This document shows positions 38,226-48,005 of a stretch of 61,524 nucleotides of DNA, piece after piece. The position numbers were made by a program, and so were the translations under genes. A model generated the notes under the pieces. The model saw nothing but the letters and a program-made list of their open reading frames with translations. It was not told the DNA's origin and ran no database searches. This stretch comes from Akkermansiaceae bacterium. Lineage in GTDB: Bacteria; Gemmatimonadota; Gemmatimonadetes; Palauibacterales; Palauibacteraceae. Numbering within the stretch: the first letter of the stretch is position 1; each line of letters starts with the position of its first letter. The stretch is taken from NCBI GenBank assembly GCA_964195715.1, contig CAXMRU010000243.1, positions 1-61,524 of the forward strand, given 5' to 3'.

Positions 38226-39612
38226 CCGTCGCCCTCCTGACCGAAGCGTGCTTCCCCCGGCCGGGGAGGCGGTGTATCTGCTCGGAATCGCCGGGGCCGG
38301 CATGAGCGGCCTCGCCTTCCTGCTGGCCAGCGAAGGCTATCGGGTGAGTGGCTCGGATCTGCAGATCACCCCGGAGGCCCGCCGCCTTGAGGCAAAGGGC
38401 GTCCGCCTGGTCGCAGTAGATGATATCCGACCGGCGGCGGAGGCGGGTCTCGTCGTACACACCTCGGCTGCGCCGGTGGATCATCCGGTGCTCGTCGCTG
38501 CAAGGCATGCGGGGGTCCCGATCGTGAAGCGGGCGGAGGCCATGGGTGCCCTCCTCAACGGTCGCCGTCTGGTAGCGATCTCGGGAACGCACGGGAAGAC
38601 GACCGTCACGGCCATGACGGCCTGCGTCGCCGAGGCCGGTGGGCTCGACCCGGTGGTCCTGGTCGGTGGTCGCGTGGGCGCCTGGGATGGAAACGCGCGC
38701 GTCGGGGTCGGGATCGCGATAGCAGAAGCCGACGAGTACGATCGATCCTTCCTCCAGCTGGATCCCAGTCTTGCGGTGATCACGTCGGTCGAGCCGGAGC
38801 ACATGGAGTGCTACGACGGACCCGGGCACCTGCAGGCCGCGTTTCGGGAGTTTGCCGGGCGAGCGGAGCGCCGGGACGGGATCCTCGCCTGCGCCGAAGG
38901 GCCAGGCGTCCCGGATGTCGTTCGCGGACTGGAGGCCGTGCGGACATACGGGCTCGATCCTGATGCCGACTACAGGGTCGAGGTCATCCAGCGTCGGGGG
39001 ATCCGGCAGACCTGCCGCCTCAGGTCAGGCGATGGGTCTTTCGAGTTCGAGCTCGGCGCGGCCGGGGACCACAACGCCCAGAACGCGGGTGCGGCCATGG
39101 CCGCGGGCCTGACGCTGGGTCTCGAACCCGACACGCTGGCTGATGCGCTCGCCAGCTTCACGGGTGTCGACCGGCGCCTGCAGCTCCTCGGCGATCGAGG
39201 CGGCCGCGTAATCCTCGACGACTACGCCCACCATCCCACGGAAGTGCTGGCATCCGTCGCCGCGGTGCGGCAGGCGTGGCCGGGACGACCGACGGCCGTG
39301 GTGTTCCAGCCGCATCTGTACAGCCGGACCCGGAAGATGGCGGTGGAGTTCGCCGCGGCGCTGGCGGAGGCGGACCAGGCTGTCGTCCTGCCCATCTATC
39401 CGGCGCGCGAGATCCCCATTCCCGGGGTCACCTCTACCCTGGTGGTGGAGGCTTCCGGCGGTGTCGTGGGACAGCTCATCCCGGCGGACATACCAGGGTG
39501 GGTCGACGGTCTCGACAGCGATGCAGTCGTCCTGTTCATGGGCGCAGGTGACGTCACATTGCTGGCCCACGCGGTGGCGGAGGGGATGGAGGCGAACGGT
39601 GTGGGAGTCTGA
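38218..39612 (+). CDS. murC: UDP-MurNAc--L-Ala ligase
   Basis: GIAGAGMS, GTHGKTT, EADEYD, DDYAHHPTE, FQPH. Confidence 0.96.
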   Translation: MTDRRPPDRSVLPPAGEAVYLLGIAGAGMSGLAFLLASEGYRVSGSDLQITPEARRLEAKGVRLVAVDDIRPAAEAGLVVHTSAAPVDHPVLVAARHAGVPIVKRAEAMGALLNGRRLVAISGTHGKTTVTAMTACVAEAGGLDPVVLVGGRVGAWDGNARVGVGIAIAEADEYDRSFLQLDPSLAVITSVEPEHMECYDGPGHLQAAFREFAGRAERRDGILACAEGPGVPDVVRGLEAVRTYGLDPDADYRVEVIQRRGIRQTCRLRSGDGSFEFELGAAGDHNAQNAGAAMAAGLTLGLEPDTLADALASFTGVDRRLQLLGDRGGRVILDDYAHHPTEVLASVAAVRQAWPGRPTAVVFQPHLYSRTRKMAVEFAAALAEADQAVVLPIYPAREIPIPGVTSTLVVEASGGVVGQLIPADIPGWVDGLDSDAVVLFMGAGDVTLLAHAVAEGMEANGVGV

Positions 39613-40492
39613 CGTGCCGCTCGCGGCCCTGACACGCTACCGGATCGGCGGACCCGCCCATCGTTATGGCCGTTTCAGAACGCCCGATGACCTTGCGCGG
39701 GCCCTGCGGTCGTTGGACAGGTCCCCGTACAGGGTGCTGGGGTGCGGCGCGAACGTGCTCGTTGCCGATCGTGGAGTCCCGGATTCGGTCATCTCCCTGG
39801 CCGGCGAGTTCGACTACCTCGTCGTCTCCGAGACCGGGATCGATGCAGGCGGGGCGGCCGGTCTGCCCGCTCTCGTCGGGGAAGCCCGTCGCTGGGGAAA
39901 GTCCGGCTGGGACTTTCTCGAGGCGGTTCCGGGGAGCGTAGGTGGTGGGCTCCGCATGAACGCGGGATCGGTGGACACCGGGTTGTGGGACCGGGCCGAG
40001 TGGGTGGAGACCATGACGCCCGAAGGTGAGAAAGTCCGCCTGACGCCGGCCGAGGCCTTTCCGAGTTACCGGCACGTGGATGTGGCGGATGACTGGGTGT
40101 TTCTCGGCGGACGCTTCGAAGCTCAGCCGGGTGACCCCGGGACGGTGAACGCGGTACATGCCAGGCGCCGCCGTCTCAAGGTCGAGAGCCAGGTGTACGA
40201 GCTTCCGTCCTGCGGCTCCATTTGGAAGAACCCCGGTCCCCCGCACGGGTCGGCCTGGGAACTCGTCGATCGGGTGGGGATGCGGGGCGCGGAGAAGGGT
40301 GGAGCCCGGATTGCCGAGCGCCACGCCAACTTCATCGTGAACGTCGGCGACGCCCGCGCCTGCGACGTCCTGTCGTTGATGGCTGAGACCCGGCGTCGGG
40401 TGCACGACGAAGAGGGAATCTGGCTGGAGCCGGAAATCCGGTTGTGGGGATTCGATGCCGGAGATCTGGCTTCGGTGGGAGCGGTCCAGTGA
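39599..40492 (+). CDS. murB: UDP-N-acetylenolpyruvoylglucosamine reductase
   Basis: RIGGPA, G.GANVL, PGSVGG..MNAG, SCGSIWKNP, HANF. GTG start at 39599 inferred. Confidence 0.93.
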   Translation: MWESDVPLAALTRYRIGGPAHRYGRFRTPDDLARALRSLDRSPYRVLGCGANVLVADRGVPDSVISLAGEFDYLVVSETGIDAGGAAGLPALVGEARRWGKSGWDFLEAVPGSVGGGLRMNAGSVDTGLWDRAEWVETMTPEGEKVRLTPAEAFPSYRHVDVADDWVFLGGRFEAQPGDPGTVNAVHARRRRLKVESQVYELPSCGSIWKNPGPPHGSAWELVDRVGMRGAEKGGARIAERHANFIVNVGDARACDVLSLMAETRRRVHDEEGIWLEPEIRLWGFDAGDLASVGAVQ

Positions 40493-41223
40493 CGCGGCGC
40501 ACGCGTCGCGGCCTGGCCGTGGTCGGAGCGACCGCCGCCCTCGGGATTGCAAGCCCGCTGTGGGCCCCTGCGGTACTGCGCACCGTGCCCGCCTTCCACG
40601 TGTCCTCGGTCGAAGTGACCGGTGCACGTTTCATCACCGCGGACGATGCGCTCGATCTCGCGGCCATCCCTCCCGACGCGTCTGTGTGGGACGACCATGA
40701 AGAGGCCGAAACGAGGCTCGAGAGTCACCCTCTGGTCGAGGAGGCCCACATCCGTCGCAAGGGCTTCAATCGCTTGACCGTGGAGGTGGTCGAGGTGCGA
40801 CCCGTGGCCCTGGTCGCGGCGCCCGTGCTTGAGCCGGTGGACGGACGGGGGAGAGTGCTTCCCCTGGATCCGGCCGTGCACGGCTTGGATCTGCCGATCC
40901 TCCAGGACGCGGTCGTCGAGGCGAGCCGGGTCTCGGACGAGGACTCGAGGCGCGTTCTGGCGGTCCTCGATCGGCTGGATCGCCTCAGCGCCGGCTTCGT
41001 GCAACGCGTTTCGGAGATTCGGCGGTCCACTGGAGAATCGATCGAGCTGTTGCTTCTCGACGGCAGCCACGCCGAGAGGATCCTGCTTCCGCTCGAGGGC
41101 GCCGACGTGGCGTTCCTCAGAGTGGAGGATGCGATCGCCGAATGCGCGGGTCGGGGACGCGTGGTGTCGGTCGACGCCCGTTTCCGCGGCCAGGTCGTCG
41201 TCCAACTCGAGGAGGAAGCATGA
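40489..41223 (+). CDS. ftsQ: Cell division protein FtsQ/DivIB
   Basis: TM helix, POTRA domain, C-terminal VDARF motif, located before ftsA. Confidence 0.85.
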   Translation: MTRRTRRGLAVVGATAALGIASPLWAPAVLRTVPAFHVSSVEVTGARFITADDALDLAAIPPDASVWDDHEEAETRLESHPLVEEAHIRRKGFNRLTVEVVEVRPVALVAAPVLEPVDGRGRVLPLDPAVHGLDLPILQDAVVEASRVSDEDSRRVLAVLDRLDRLSAGFVQRVSEIRRSTGESIELLLLDGSHAERILLPLEGADVAFLRVEDAIAECAGRGRVVSVDARFRGQVVVQLEEEA

Positions 41224-42452
41224 TCGGCGGGGCACGTTGCATCGCCGGCCTCGACGTTGGCTCCACGACGACCAGCGCCGTGCTGATCGAGGTCGGACCG
41301 GCATGGGAGGGCGCTGCGGATACGGTGCGCGTGCTTGGCGTCGGCACTGCCCACACAGAGGGAGTGCGCAACCGGAATGTGACGCACATCGAGGCGGCGA
41401 CCGAATCCGTGCGCGAGGCCCTGCGGGACGCAGAGGAGATGGCCGGGGTGGAGGCTGCGGTCGTGTTCGCCGGTGTGGCGGGCGACCACATCGAGGTTGG
41501 CGCGTCGACGGGCGTCGTGGCGGTTTCGGGGGAGGAGGTCGACCAGGGCGACCTCGACAGGGTGCACGAGGTGGCGCGGGCGATTGTCATTCCACAGGAC
41601 CGCGAACTCCTGCACGCGATTCCACAGGACTACGTCGTGGACGGGCAGTCGGGAATCCAGGATCCGCGAGGAATGGAGGCCACGCGTCTCGAATCCCAGA
41701 TCTGTGTCGTCACGGCCGGCTCGCCGGCGTGCCTCAACCTGCGCAAGGCGATCGATCGGGCCGGCTACCGCACTGAGGAGCTGGTCCTGGCCCCGCTCGC
41801 CTCGAGCCTCGCTGTATTGTCGGAGGACGCGCGGCAGGCCGGTGTCGTATTCCTGGAAATCGGTGGAGCGGCCACCGAGATGATGGTCTACCGGGAGGGC
41901 CGATTGCACCTCGTGGCCACGCTTCCGTGGGGCGGCGTCACCGTCACCAACGACATCGTGAAGGGTCTCGGGATCCAGCTCGCGGATGCGGAGGAGCTGA
42001 AGCGGACTTGTGGATGCGCCAGCACCCGAGGTGTCGCAGACGAAGAGAAGCTGGATATCGCCGGGCCGACTCCGGGCACCACGCGCGAGGTCTCACGAGA
42101 GCTGTTGGCCCACATCATCGAGCAGCGCCTGGACGAGATGTTCGGCCTCGTTTACGAGGCGCTCGAGGAAAAGCAAATGCTCGGCACATTGCCGGCCGGC
42201 GTGGTCCTGACGGGTGGCGGTGCCAGGCTGGAGGGCATCGTCGAGCTGGCGCAGACCGTATTCAACATGCCCGTTGCCCTTGGCCTGCCCGGTGCCGGCC
42301 TGGAGGGCGTGGTCGAGGCGACCCGGGACCCATGTCTGTCCACCGCGGTGGGCCTCGCACTGTATGGCCGGATGCGGTCGAGCGAGACGGACGGTGGGAT
42401 TGCACTGCGGACACTCAGTCGGTTCACCGATTGGCTTCGCGACTTCTTCTGA
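41220..42452 (+). CDS. ftsA: Cell division protein FtsA
   Basis: GLDVGS, EIGG..T, GG..VTNDI, VLTGGGA, amphipathic C-terminal WLRDFF. Confidence 0.95.
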   Translation: MIGGARCIAGLDVGSTTTSAVLIEVGPAWEGAADTVRVLGVGTAHTEGVRNRNVTHIEAATESVREALRDAEEMAGVEAAVVFAGVAGDHIEVGASTGVVAVSGEEVDQGDLDRVHEVARAIVIPQDRELLHAIPQDYVVDGQSGIQDPRGMEATRLESQICVVTAGSPACLNLRKAIDRAGYRTEELVLAPLASSLAVLSEDARQAGVVFLEIGGAATEMMVYREGRLHLVATLPWGGVTVTNDIVKGLGIQLADAEELKRTCGCASTRGVADEEKLDIAGPTPGTTREVSRELLAHIIEQRLDEMFGLVYEALEEKQMLGTLPAGVVLTGGGARLEGIVELAQTVFNMPVALGLPGAGLEGVVEATRDPCLSTAVGLALYGRMRSSETDGGIALRTLSRFTDWLRDFF

Positions 42453-42527
42453 GTCGGGGGCGAGGTCGGAAAGTAGTAGAAAGAGATCGGAGCGAAGATG
42501 AACCTCAACACCAGTCGGGAGGGACAG

Positions 42528-43688
42528 ATGGTATTCGAGTTCGAGCGTGAGACGACGCGGAACGCCCGCATGAAAGTCGTGGGTGTCGGCGGAGCCGGAG
42601 GGAACGCGGTGAACCGCATGATCGACGAGGCTCTCGACGGTGTCGAGTTCGTTGCGATCAACACGGACGCGCAGGCACTCAGCAACTGCGAGGCCCACAT
42701 CAGCTTGCAGATCGGCCGCAAGCTGACCCGTGGGCTCGGCGCCGGGGCTCGGCCGGAAGTGGGCCGCCAGGCCGTGGCAGAGAATGAGGAGGAAGTCCGC
42801 CGTGCGCTGGAGGGCGCCGACCTGGTATTCGTCACGGCCGGCATGGGCGGTGGCACGGGTACCGGAGCGGCTCCGCGAGTGGGACAGATCGCGAGCGAAC
42901 TGGGTGCCCTGGTGATCGCCATCGTTACTCGCCCGTTCAACTTCGAGGGCAAGAAGCGGATGCGGCACGCCGAGATGGGACTGAAGGACCTGCGCCGCTC
43001 GGTGGACACGATGATCGTCGTTCCCAACGAGAAGCTTCTCTCCGTCGTCGGGAAGGGCACGACATTCCGTGCCGCTCTCAAGAAGGCGGATGAAGTACTC
43101 CTGCACGCGACCCAGGGCATCTCAGATCTGATCAGCGTCACCGGAGAGGTGAACGTCGACTTCGCTGACGTACGCACGGTGATGTCCAATCGGGGCGCGG
43201 CGCTGATGGGCACCGGGGAAGCGACCGGCGACGACCGCGCAGTCGAGGCGGCTCAGCAAGCGATTTGCTCGCCCCTGCTCGACAACGTATCGATTAACGG
43301 CGCCACCGGTGTTCTCGTGAACATCTCGGGCGGGATGGACCTCGCGATCGACGAGGTGACCACGGTGAACTCCATCGTGCAGGAGGCGGCAGGCGATGAC
43401 GCCGAGATGATCTTCGGCGCGGTTCACGACCCGAACCTCGACGGCAGGCTTCGGGTAACGGTGATCGCGACGGGGTTCGGCGAGCACGTCGAAGACGGGC
43501 CCGCACCGACACTGAAGGTCGTGCCCGTCAATTCCGAGCCGATCCTGCGGCCGAGGCTGGTATCGGTGATCGGCGGCGCTGCGCAGACGATATCCCGGTC
43601 TCTGCCGGAGATCGGGAGCGCCTTCACCGGCCGGTCGCAGGTAGAGGATCTCGAGATCCCGACCTTTATTCGGCGCCAGATGGACTGA
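42528..43688 (+). CDS. ftsZ: Cell division protein FtsZ
   Basis: GVGGAGGN, GMGGGTGTG, NVDFAD, C-terminal LEIPTFIRRQMD. Confidence 0.99.
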   Translation: MVFEFERETTRNARMKVVGVGGAGGNAVNRMIDEALDGVEFVAINTDAQALSNCEAHISLQIGRKLTRGLGAGARPEVGRQAVAENEEEVRRALEGADLVFVTAGMGGGTGTGAAPRVGQIASELGALVIAIVTRPFNFEGKKRMRHAEMGLKDLRRSVDTMIVVPNEKLLSVVGKGTTFRAALKKADEVLLHATQGISDLISVTGEVNVDFADVRTVMSNRGAALMGTGEATGDDRAVEAAQQAICSPLLDNVSINGATGVLVNISGGMDLAIDEVTTVNSIVQEAAGDDAEMIFGAVHDPNLDGRLRVTVIATGFGEHVEDGPAPTLKVVPVNSEPILRPRLVSVIGGAAQTISRSLPEIGSAFTGRSQVEDLEIPTFIRRQMD

Positions 43689-43728
43689 CATCGGGCGGAC
43701 ACGAACACGACGGCAAGGAAGCTCAGCT

Positions 43729-45078
43729 TTGCGATTCACTGACGCGAGACCGGATCCGGATCGCGGGGACTACCGACCGCGAAAGTCGTGGCCGTCGAAT
43801 ACCCGTGGCTTCGCGGTTCCTGCTGTCGCCATTGCGGCTCTCATTCTCGTAGGCTTCGGACTGCGGTCAATGCTCCGATCCCGTACCGGGCCTGAACACG
43901 AGAACGTTCGGACGGTTTACGTACCCGCTCCACCTCCTCCCGAGAGCGTGTACGACACCCTGAGGTCAGGAGAGACGCTGGCGCAGGTCCTGGATGGCCG
44001 GGGATTCTCGCCGCAGGAAATCCATGAACTGATTGAAGTCGTGCGTGAGTACAAGAACCCGCGCACCTTCCGGCCCGGCGTGGTCATGCAGCTGACCGGC
44101 CAGCCGGGCGAACAGCCCGAGCGTATTCTCCTCCAGCTCAACCAGGACTCGCTGTTGCGGCTCGACTCGGACGCCGACGGTTGGACCAGCGACATCGCCA
44201 CGGTGCCCATCCATGTGGACACGCTCCTCCTGGGGGGGCTGATCGAGTCCAGCCTGTGGTATGCGGAGCTGTCCGGAGAAGTGGAGCGCCTGGGAGAGGG
44301 CGAATTCCAGGAGTACGTGTACGACCTGGCGGACGTCTTCGCCTGGAAGGTCGATTTCACGCGAGACATCCGTCGCGGAGATGCCTTCCGGGTGGCCATT
44401 GAACGAGAGCTCCGTCCCGACGGTACGCTCCGGACCCGTCGATTCATCGCGATCGAGCTGCGGAATCGCGGACGGGTGCTTTCGGCCATTCCATACACCC
44501 GCGCGGGAGGGCAGCGGAACTACTTCGACGTTGAGGGCGAGGCCCTGCGCGGAGTGTTCCTTCGGTATCCCGTGCCCTACCGCATCACGAGCGGGTACTC
44601 CAACCGCAGGTATCACCCGGTCCTGAAGCGATACCGCGCGCACCGTGGCATCGACTACGGTGCTCCGCACGGAACTGCGGTCAAGGCGACGGCATCGGGA
44701 ACCGTGACCCGGGCCGGCACCTGGGGCACGTTCGGCAGGATGGTGGAGATTCGGCACACTCATGGCATCCAGACGCGGTACGCGCACCTGAGCTCGATTG
44801 TGGCCGGAATCCGCGTGGGGGCACGGGTGGAGCAGGGGCAGGTGATCGGCCGGGTCGGCTCTACCGGGCTCTCGACGGGTCCGCACCTGCACTACGAGTT
44901 CATCCAGAACGGAGCCCACCGGAATCCGTCGAGCATGAACCTGCCGTCCGCTCCTGCACTCGAGGAACAGTACATGGACACTTTCCTCGTGAAGCGAGAC
45001 GCTGCTCTCGAACTCCTGTCCGGCGTGGACCTGCCGGTGGCCCGGTCCGAGCAGGTCGGCCCCGCGGTAGCCGACTAG
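43729..45078 (+). CDS. M23 family murein endopeptidase (MepM-like)
   Basis: TM anchor, OapA/LysM-like region, HRGID (HxxxD), STGPHLHYE (HxH). Confidence 0.9.
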   Translation: MRFTDARPDPDRGDYRPRKSWPSNTRGFAVPAVAIAALILVGFGLRSMLRSRTGPEHENVRTVYVPAPPPPESVYDTLRSGETLAQVLDGRGFSPQEIHELIEVVREYKNPRTFRPGVVMQLTGQPGEQPERILLQLNQDSLLRLDSDADGWTSDIATVPIHVDTLLLGGLIESSLWYAELSGEVERLGEGEFQEYVYDLADVFAWKVDFTRDIRRGDAFRVAIERELRPDGTLRTRRFIAIELRNRGRVLSAIPYTRAGGQRNYFDVEGEALRGVFLRYPVPYRITSGYSNRRYHPVLKRYRAHRGIDYGAPHGTAVKATASGTVTRAGTWGTFGRMVEIRHTHGIQTRYAHLSSIVAGIRVGARVEQGQVIGRVGSTGLSTGPHLHYEFIQNGAHRNPSSMNLPSAPALEEQYMDTFLVKRDAALELLSGVDLPVARSEQVGPAVAD

Positions 45079-45096
45079 CACCGCAGGCCTTCCCTG

Positions 45097-47046
45097 ATGC
45101 CCGGGCTGGCGTTCGTCACGGCTGGCGTTCTGGCGTTCGTGGTCGCGTTCTGGTGGTACGCCCACCGCGAGGAAAAAGTCCGTGGCCGGGGGCTGGCCGG
45201 TCTCCTCCGCGGCACCGCGTTGTTCCTCATACTCTCGGCCCCGTGGTTGCCTCCATTCGGCGGACACGCCGGCGGCTTACCCACGACCGCGATACTCGTG
45301 GACGTCTCTCTCAGCATGCGTTACCCGGCGGCCGCAGCGGGTGGTGTAACGCGAATGCAGCGTGCGCGCGAAGCCGCCAGCGAACTCCTCGCGTCGAGGC
45401 ACGCTCCCGAGCTGTGGGCGTTCGCGGGCTCTGCGTCGAGGCTCGACCCCGGGGATCTCGAGGTGCTGCAGCCGGGGGGAACGGTCACTCGCGTGGTTCC
45501 AGCGATCGAGCAGGCACGGGCCGCGGGCGCCGATTCGTTGATTCTCGTAACCGACGGTGAACTCTCCGATCGCCAGGAGGGGCGACGGTTGGCCCAGCGT
45601 CTCGGAATCGCGCTACGAGAGGTTCGCGTTGCCGAGACCATTGCCCGCGTGGGCATTCGGAGGCTCGTTACTCCCGGGGATGTCACGGCGGGCGACACGC
45701 TTGAGCTGCGGGCGGAGATCATTTCGACCGGGAAGACGGGAAGCCCCACCCGGGTTTCCCTGAGCTACGGTGGGGGACAGACCGTCGAGACGACGATCTC
45801 GACTCCGGCGTCGGGACGAACCGCTGAAGCCGTTTTCCGCGTCCTCGTCGAATCAGCCGGTGACAGCGTCGAGTGGCGATCGTTCGACGTCCAGGTCGTC
45901 GGTGTGAAGCCACCCTGGGACGAGGCGGCGCACGCCCGTGCCTGGGTTCGGGTCAGCCCGCAGCCGACAGGTGCCGTGGTAGTCTCCGTGGACCCCGATT
46001 GGGAGACACGGTATCTCCTCCCGTTGCTCGAACGGTCGGTTCCGGGGGGCGCTCGCGCGTACCTTCGAATCGACGACGATCTGTACCTGCAGGCCGGCCC
46101 CCGGCCGGCCCCCGGTGTCTCTGAGGCGACCGTACGCAAAGCAGCGGGGAGGGCCATGTTGCTCGTCGTGCAGGGGGAGCCGGGCCGGTTGCCGGGCTGG
46201 CTGGCGTCCGCTGCAGCCGTGCGTCCGGCGGTGCTGCATTTCGTCCGGGGCCCGGGCGCGGTGCCCGGCACGGATCTCACGATCCAGGAAGCGCTGCCCG
46301 GCGAGTGGTACGTGGAGGTGCCTCCGCCGGCGAGTCCGGTGTCCGCTCATCTCCTGGGAACGGGGACCGTAGACCTTCCGCCGTTGCCTCGCCTGTTTGG
46401 ATCGACGGGACGTTTTGACTGGACCGTGATGTCGGCGCGCCAGGATCGACGTGGCGCCACGAGGCCGGTTGCGGTCATGGGATCCACGGACGACCGGCGT
46501 TGGGCCGTAGTCCACGGAGAGAGCACCTGGCGCTGGGCGGCCCGCGGAGAGCGCGGACTTCCACTGTATCGCGGATTGATCAGCGGTATGGTGGGTTGGC
46601 TGGTGGAGCGCACCGTGTCGCAGCCGGTGCGGCTCCAGGATCCGTCGCCGGGGCATGGAGAGGCTCTCCAGTGGCGCCTGGCCCCCGACGTCCGCGATCT
46701 TCGAATCGAGGTGGAGGATTCGTCCGGCCGGGTGGTATGGTCGGACAGTCTGGCGGGGCCGGCCGAGTCGATTGACGGGCCAACACTTCCCGCCGGCGAC
46801 GCCAGGTTCGTCGCTGAAGGGAGAATAGGTAGCGGTGACTTTCACGTTGTGAGGCCGTTCCATGTCGGCGGTGGTGACGAGAGCTTACCCCGGCCTTCCG
46901 GTCCCGCTCTGGACGTGCGGCCCTCGCGGGCCGAGGACGGTAGTACCCGCGGCCGGCGAGGGGGAACCCCGGTCTGGCCGTTCGCGGCTGCCATCGTCAT
47001 GCTGTGTGCCGAGTGGCTGTGGAGACGAAGGGTAGGACTGCGATGA
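45097..47046 (+). CDS. Membrane protein with a vWA-like domain
   Basis: N-terminal TM helices, DVSLS (DxSxS MIDAS), VTDG, C-terminal TM helix ending EWLWRRRVGL. Confidence 0.75.
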   Translation: MPGLAFVTAGVLAFVVAFWWYAHREEKVRGRGLAGLLRGTALFLILSAPWLPPFGGHAGGLPTTAILVDVSLSMRYPAAAAGGVTRMQRAREAASELLASRHAPELWAFAGSASRLDPGDLEVLQPGGTVTRVVPAIEQARAAGADSLILVTDGELSDRQEGRRLAQRLGIALREVRVAETIARVGIRRLVTPGDVTAGDTLELRAEIISTGKTGSPTRVSLSYGGGQTVETTISTPASGRTAEAVFRVLVESAGDSVEWRSFDVQVVGVKPPWDEAAHARAWVRVSPQPTGAVVVSVDPDWETRYLLPLLERSVPGGARAYLRIDDDLYLQAGPRPAPGVSEATVRKAAGRAMLLVVQGEPGRLPGWLASAAAVRPAVLHFVRGPGAVPGTDLTIQEALPGEWYVEVPPPASPVSAHLLGTGTVDLPPLPRLFGSTGRFDWTVMSARQDRRGATRPVAVMGSTDDRRWAVVHGESTWRWAARGERGLPLYRGLISGMVGWLVERTVSQPVRLQDPSPGHGEALQWRLAPDVRDLRIEVEDSSGRVVWSDSLAGPAESIDGPTLPAGDARFVAEGRIGSGDFHVVRPFHVGGGDESLPRPSGPALDVRPSRAEDGSTRGRRGGTPVWPFAAAIVMLCAEWLWRRRVGLR

Positions 47047-47074
47047 TTCAGGGGGTGGAGTGAGCGGAGAGGGG

Positions 47075-48004
47075 ATGAGCCTGCGGGGACAACGGCGCGG
47101 CAAGTCGCTGTGGCAGAAAATAATAGACGTTTCTCTGACCGACGTATCGGTGCTCGTGAAGGGGATCGACGAGGATTCGATCGAGGAGCTGGAACGCATT
47201 CTCCTCGAAGCCGACTTCGGGGTCGACGCTGCCATGGACCTGGTCGATGAGCTGGAAACCGCCGCACGCCGCGGCAGGGTGAAGACCGAAGCGCAGTTGC
47301 GAGAGCTGTTGTCTGGCCGTATCAGAGAAATCCTCACCCCGGCTGGTGGTCGGGCGGCGGAGCCCCGGGAATTCCGGGCGGCGGACGCGTCGACTCCATA
47401 CGTGATCATCGTCCTTGGCGTGAACGGGACCGGAAAGACGACGACGGCCGCGAAGCTCGCCCGTCGTGCGATCGACGAAGGACTCACGGTGACCCTGGCG
47501 GCGACGGACACGTTTCGCAGCGGTGCCCAGGAGCAGCTTCGAATCTGGGCGGATCGCCTGGGCGCCGGGTTCGTCGGCGGTCAACCGAGCGGCGACCCGG
47601 CGGCGGTCGCCTACGACGCGGTGGAGTCGGCAGTGGCGCGCGGCTCGGACGTGCTGATCATCGATACGGCCGGGCGCCTGCACACGCAGACCAATCTCAT
47701 GGAGGAGCTCTGCAAGATCGACCGGGTGACGGGTCGTCTGCTGGAGGGAGCGCCCCATCAGCGACTCCTGGTGGTCGACGCCACGACCGGCCAGAACGTC
47801 TTGAATCAGGTTCGTGAGTTCGGCAGGGGTCTGCCCCTGAGCGGAGTCGTGCTCACGAAGTACGACAGCTCCGCTCGAGGGGGAACGGCGGTCGCCGTGA
47901 GCCGACAATTCGGGATCCCGGTCCGATACCTCGGCACGGGCGAGGGTGAACGGGACCTCGAGCCGTTCGACTCCGACACGTACCTGGGCAAGCTCCTCGG
48001 CTGA
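47075..48004 (+). CDS. ftsY: SRP receptor FtsY (short NG-only form)
   Basis: GVNGTGKTT, DTFR, DTAGR, TKYD..ARGG. Confidence 0.95.
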   Translation: MSLRGQRRGKSLWQKIIDVSLTDVSVLVKGIDEDSIEELERILLEADFGVDAAMDLVDELETAARRGRVKTEAQLRELLSGRIREILTPAGGRAAEPREFRAADASTPYVIIVLGVNGTGKTTTAAKLARRAIDEGLTVTLAATDTFRSGAQEQLRIWADRLGAGFVGGQPSGDPAAVAYDAVESAVARGSDVLIIDTAGRLHTQTNLMEELCKIDRVTGRLLEGAPHQRLLVVDATTGQNVLNQVREFGRGLPLSGVVLTKYDSSARGGTAVAVSRQFGIPVRYLGTGEGERDLEPFDSDTYLGKLLG

Positions 48005-48005
48005 T

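Noticed and set aside
45076-45099. Possible TAG readthrough fusing the M23 peptidase and the vWA protein (same frame, 18-nt gap)
   Set aside because: Same-frame adjacency has a one-in-three chance, both proteins look complete, and no recoding signal is visible.
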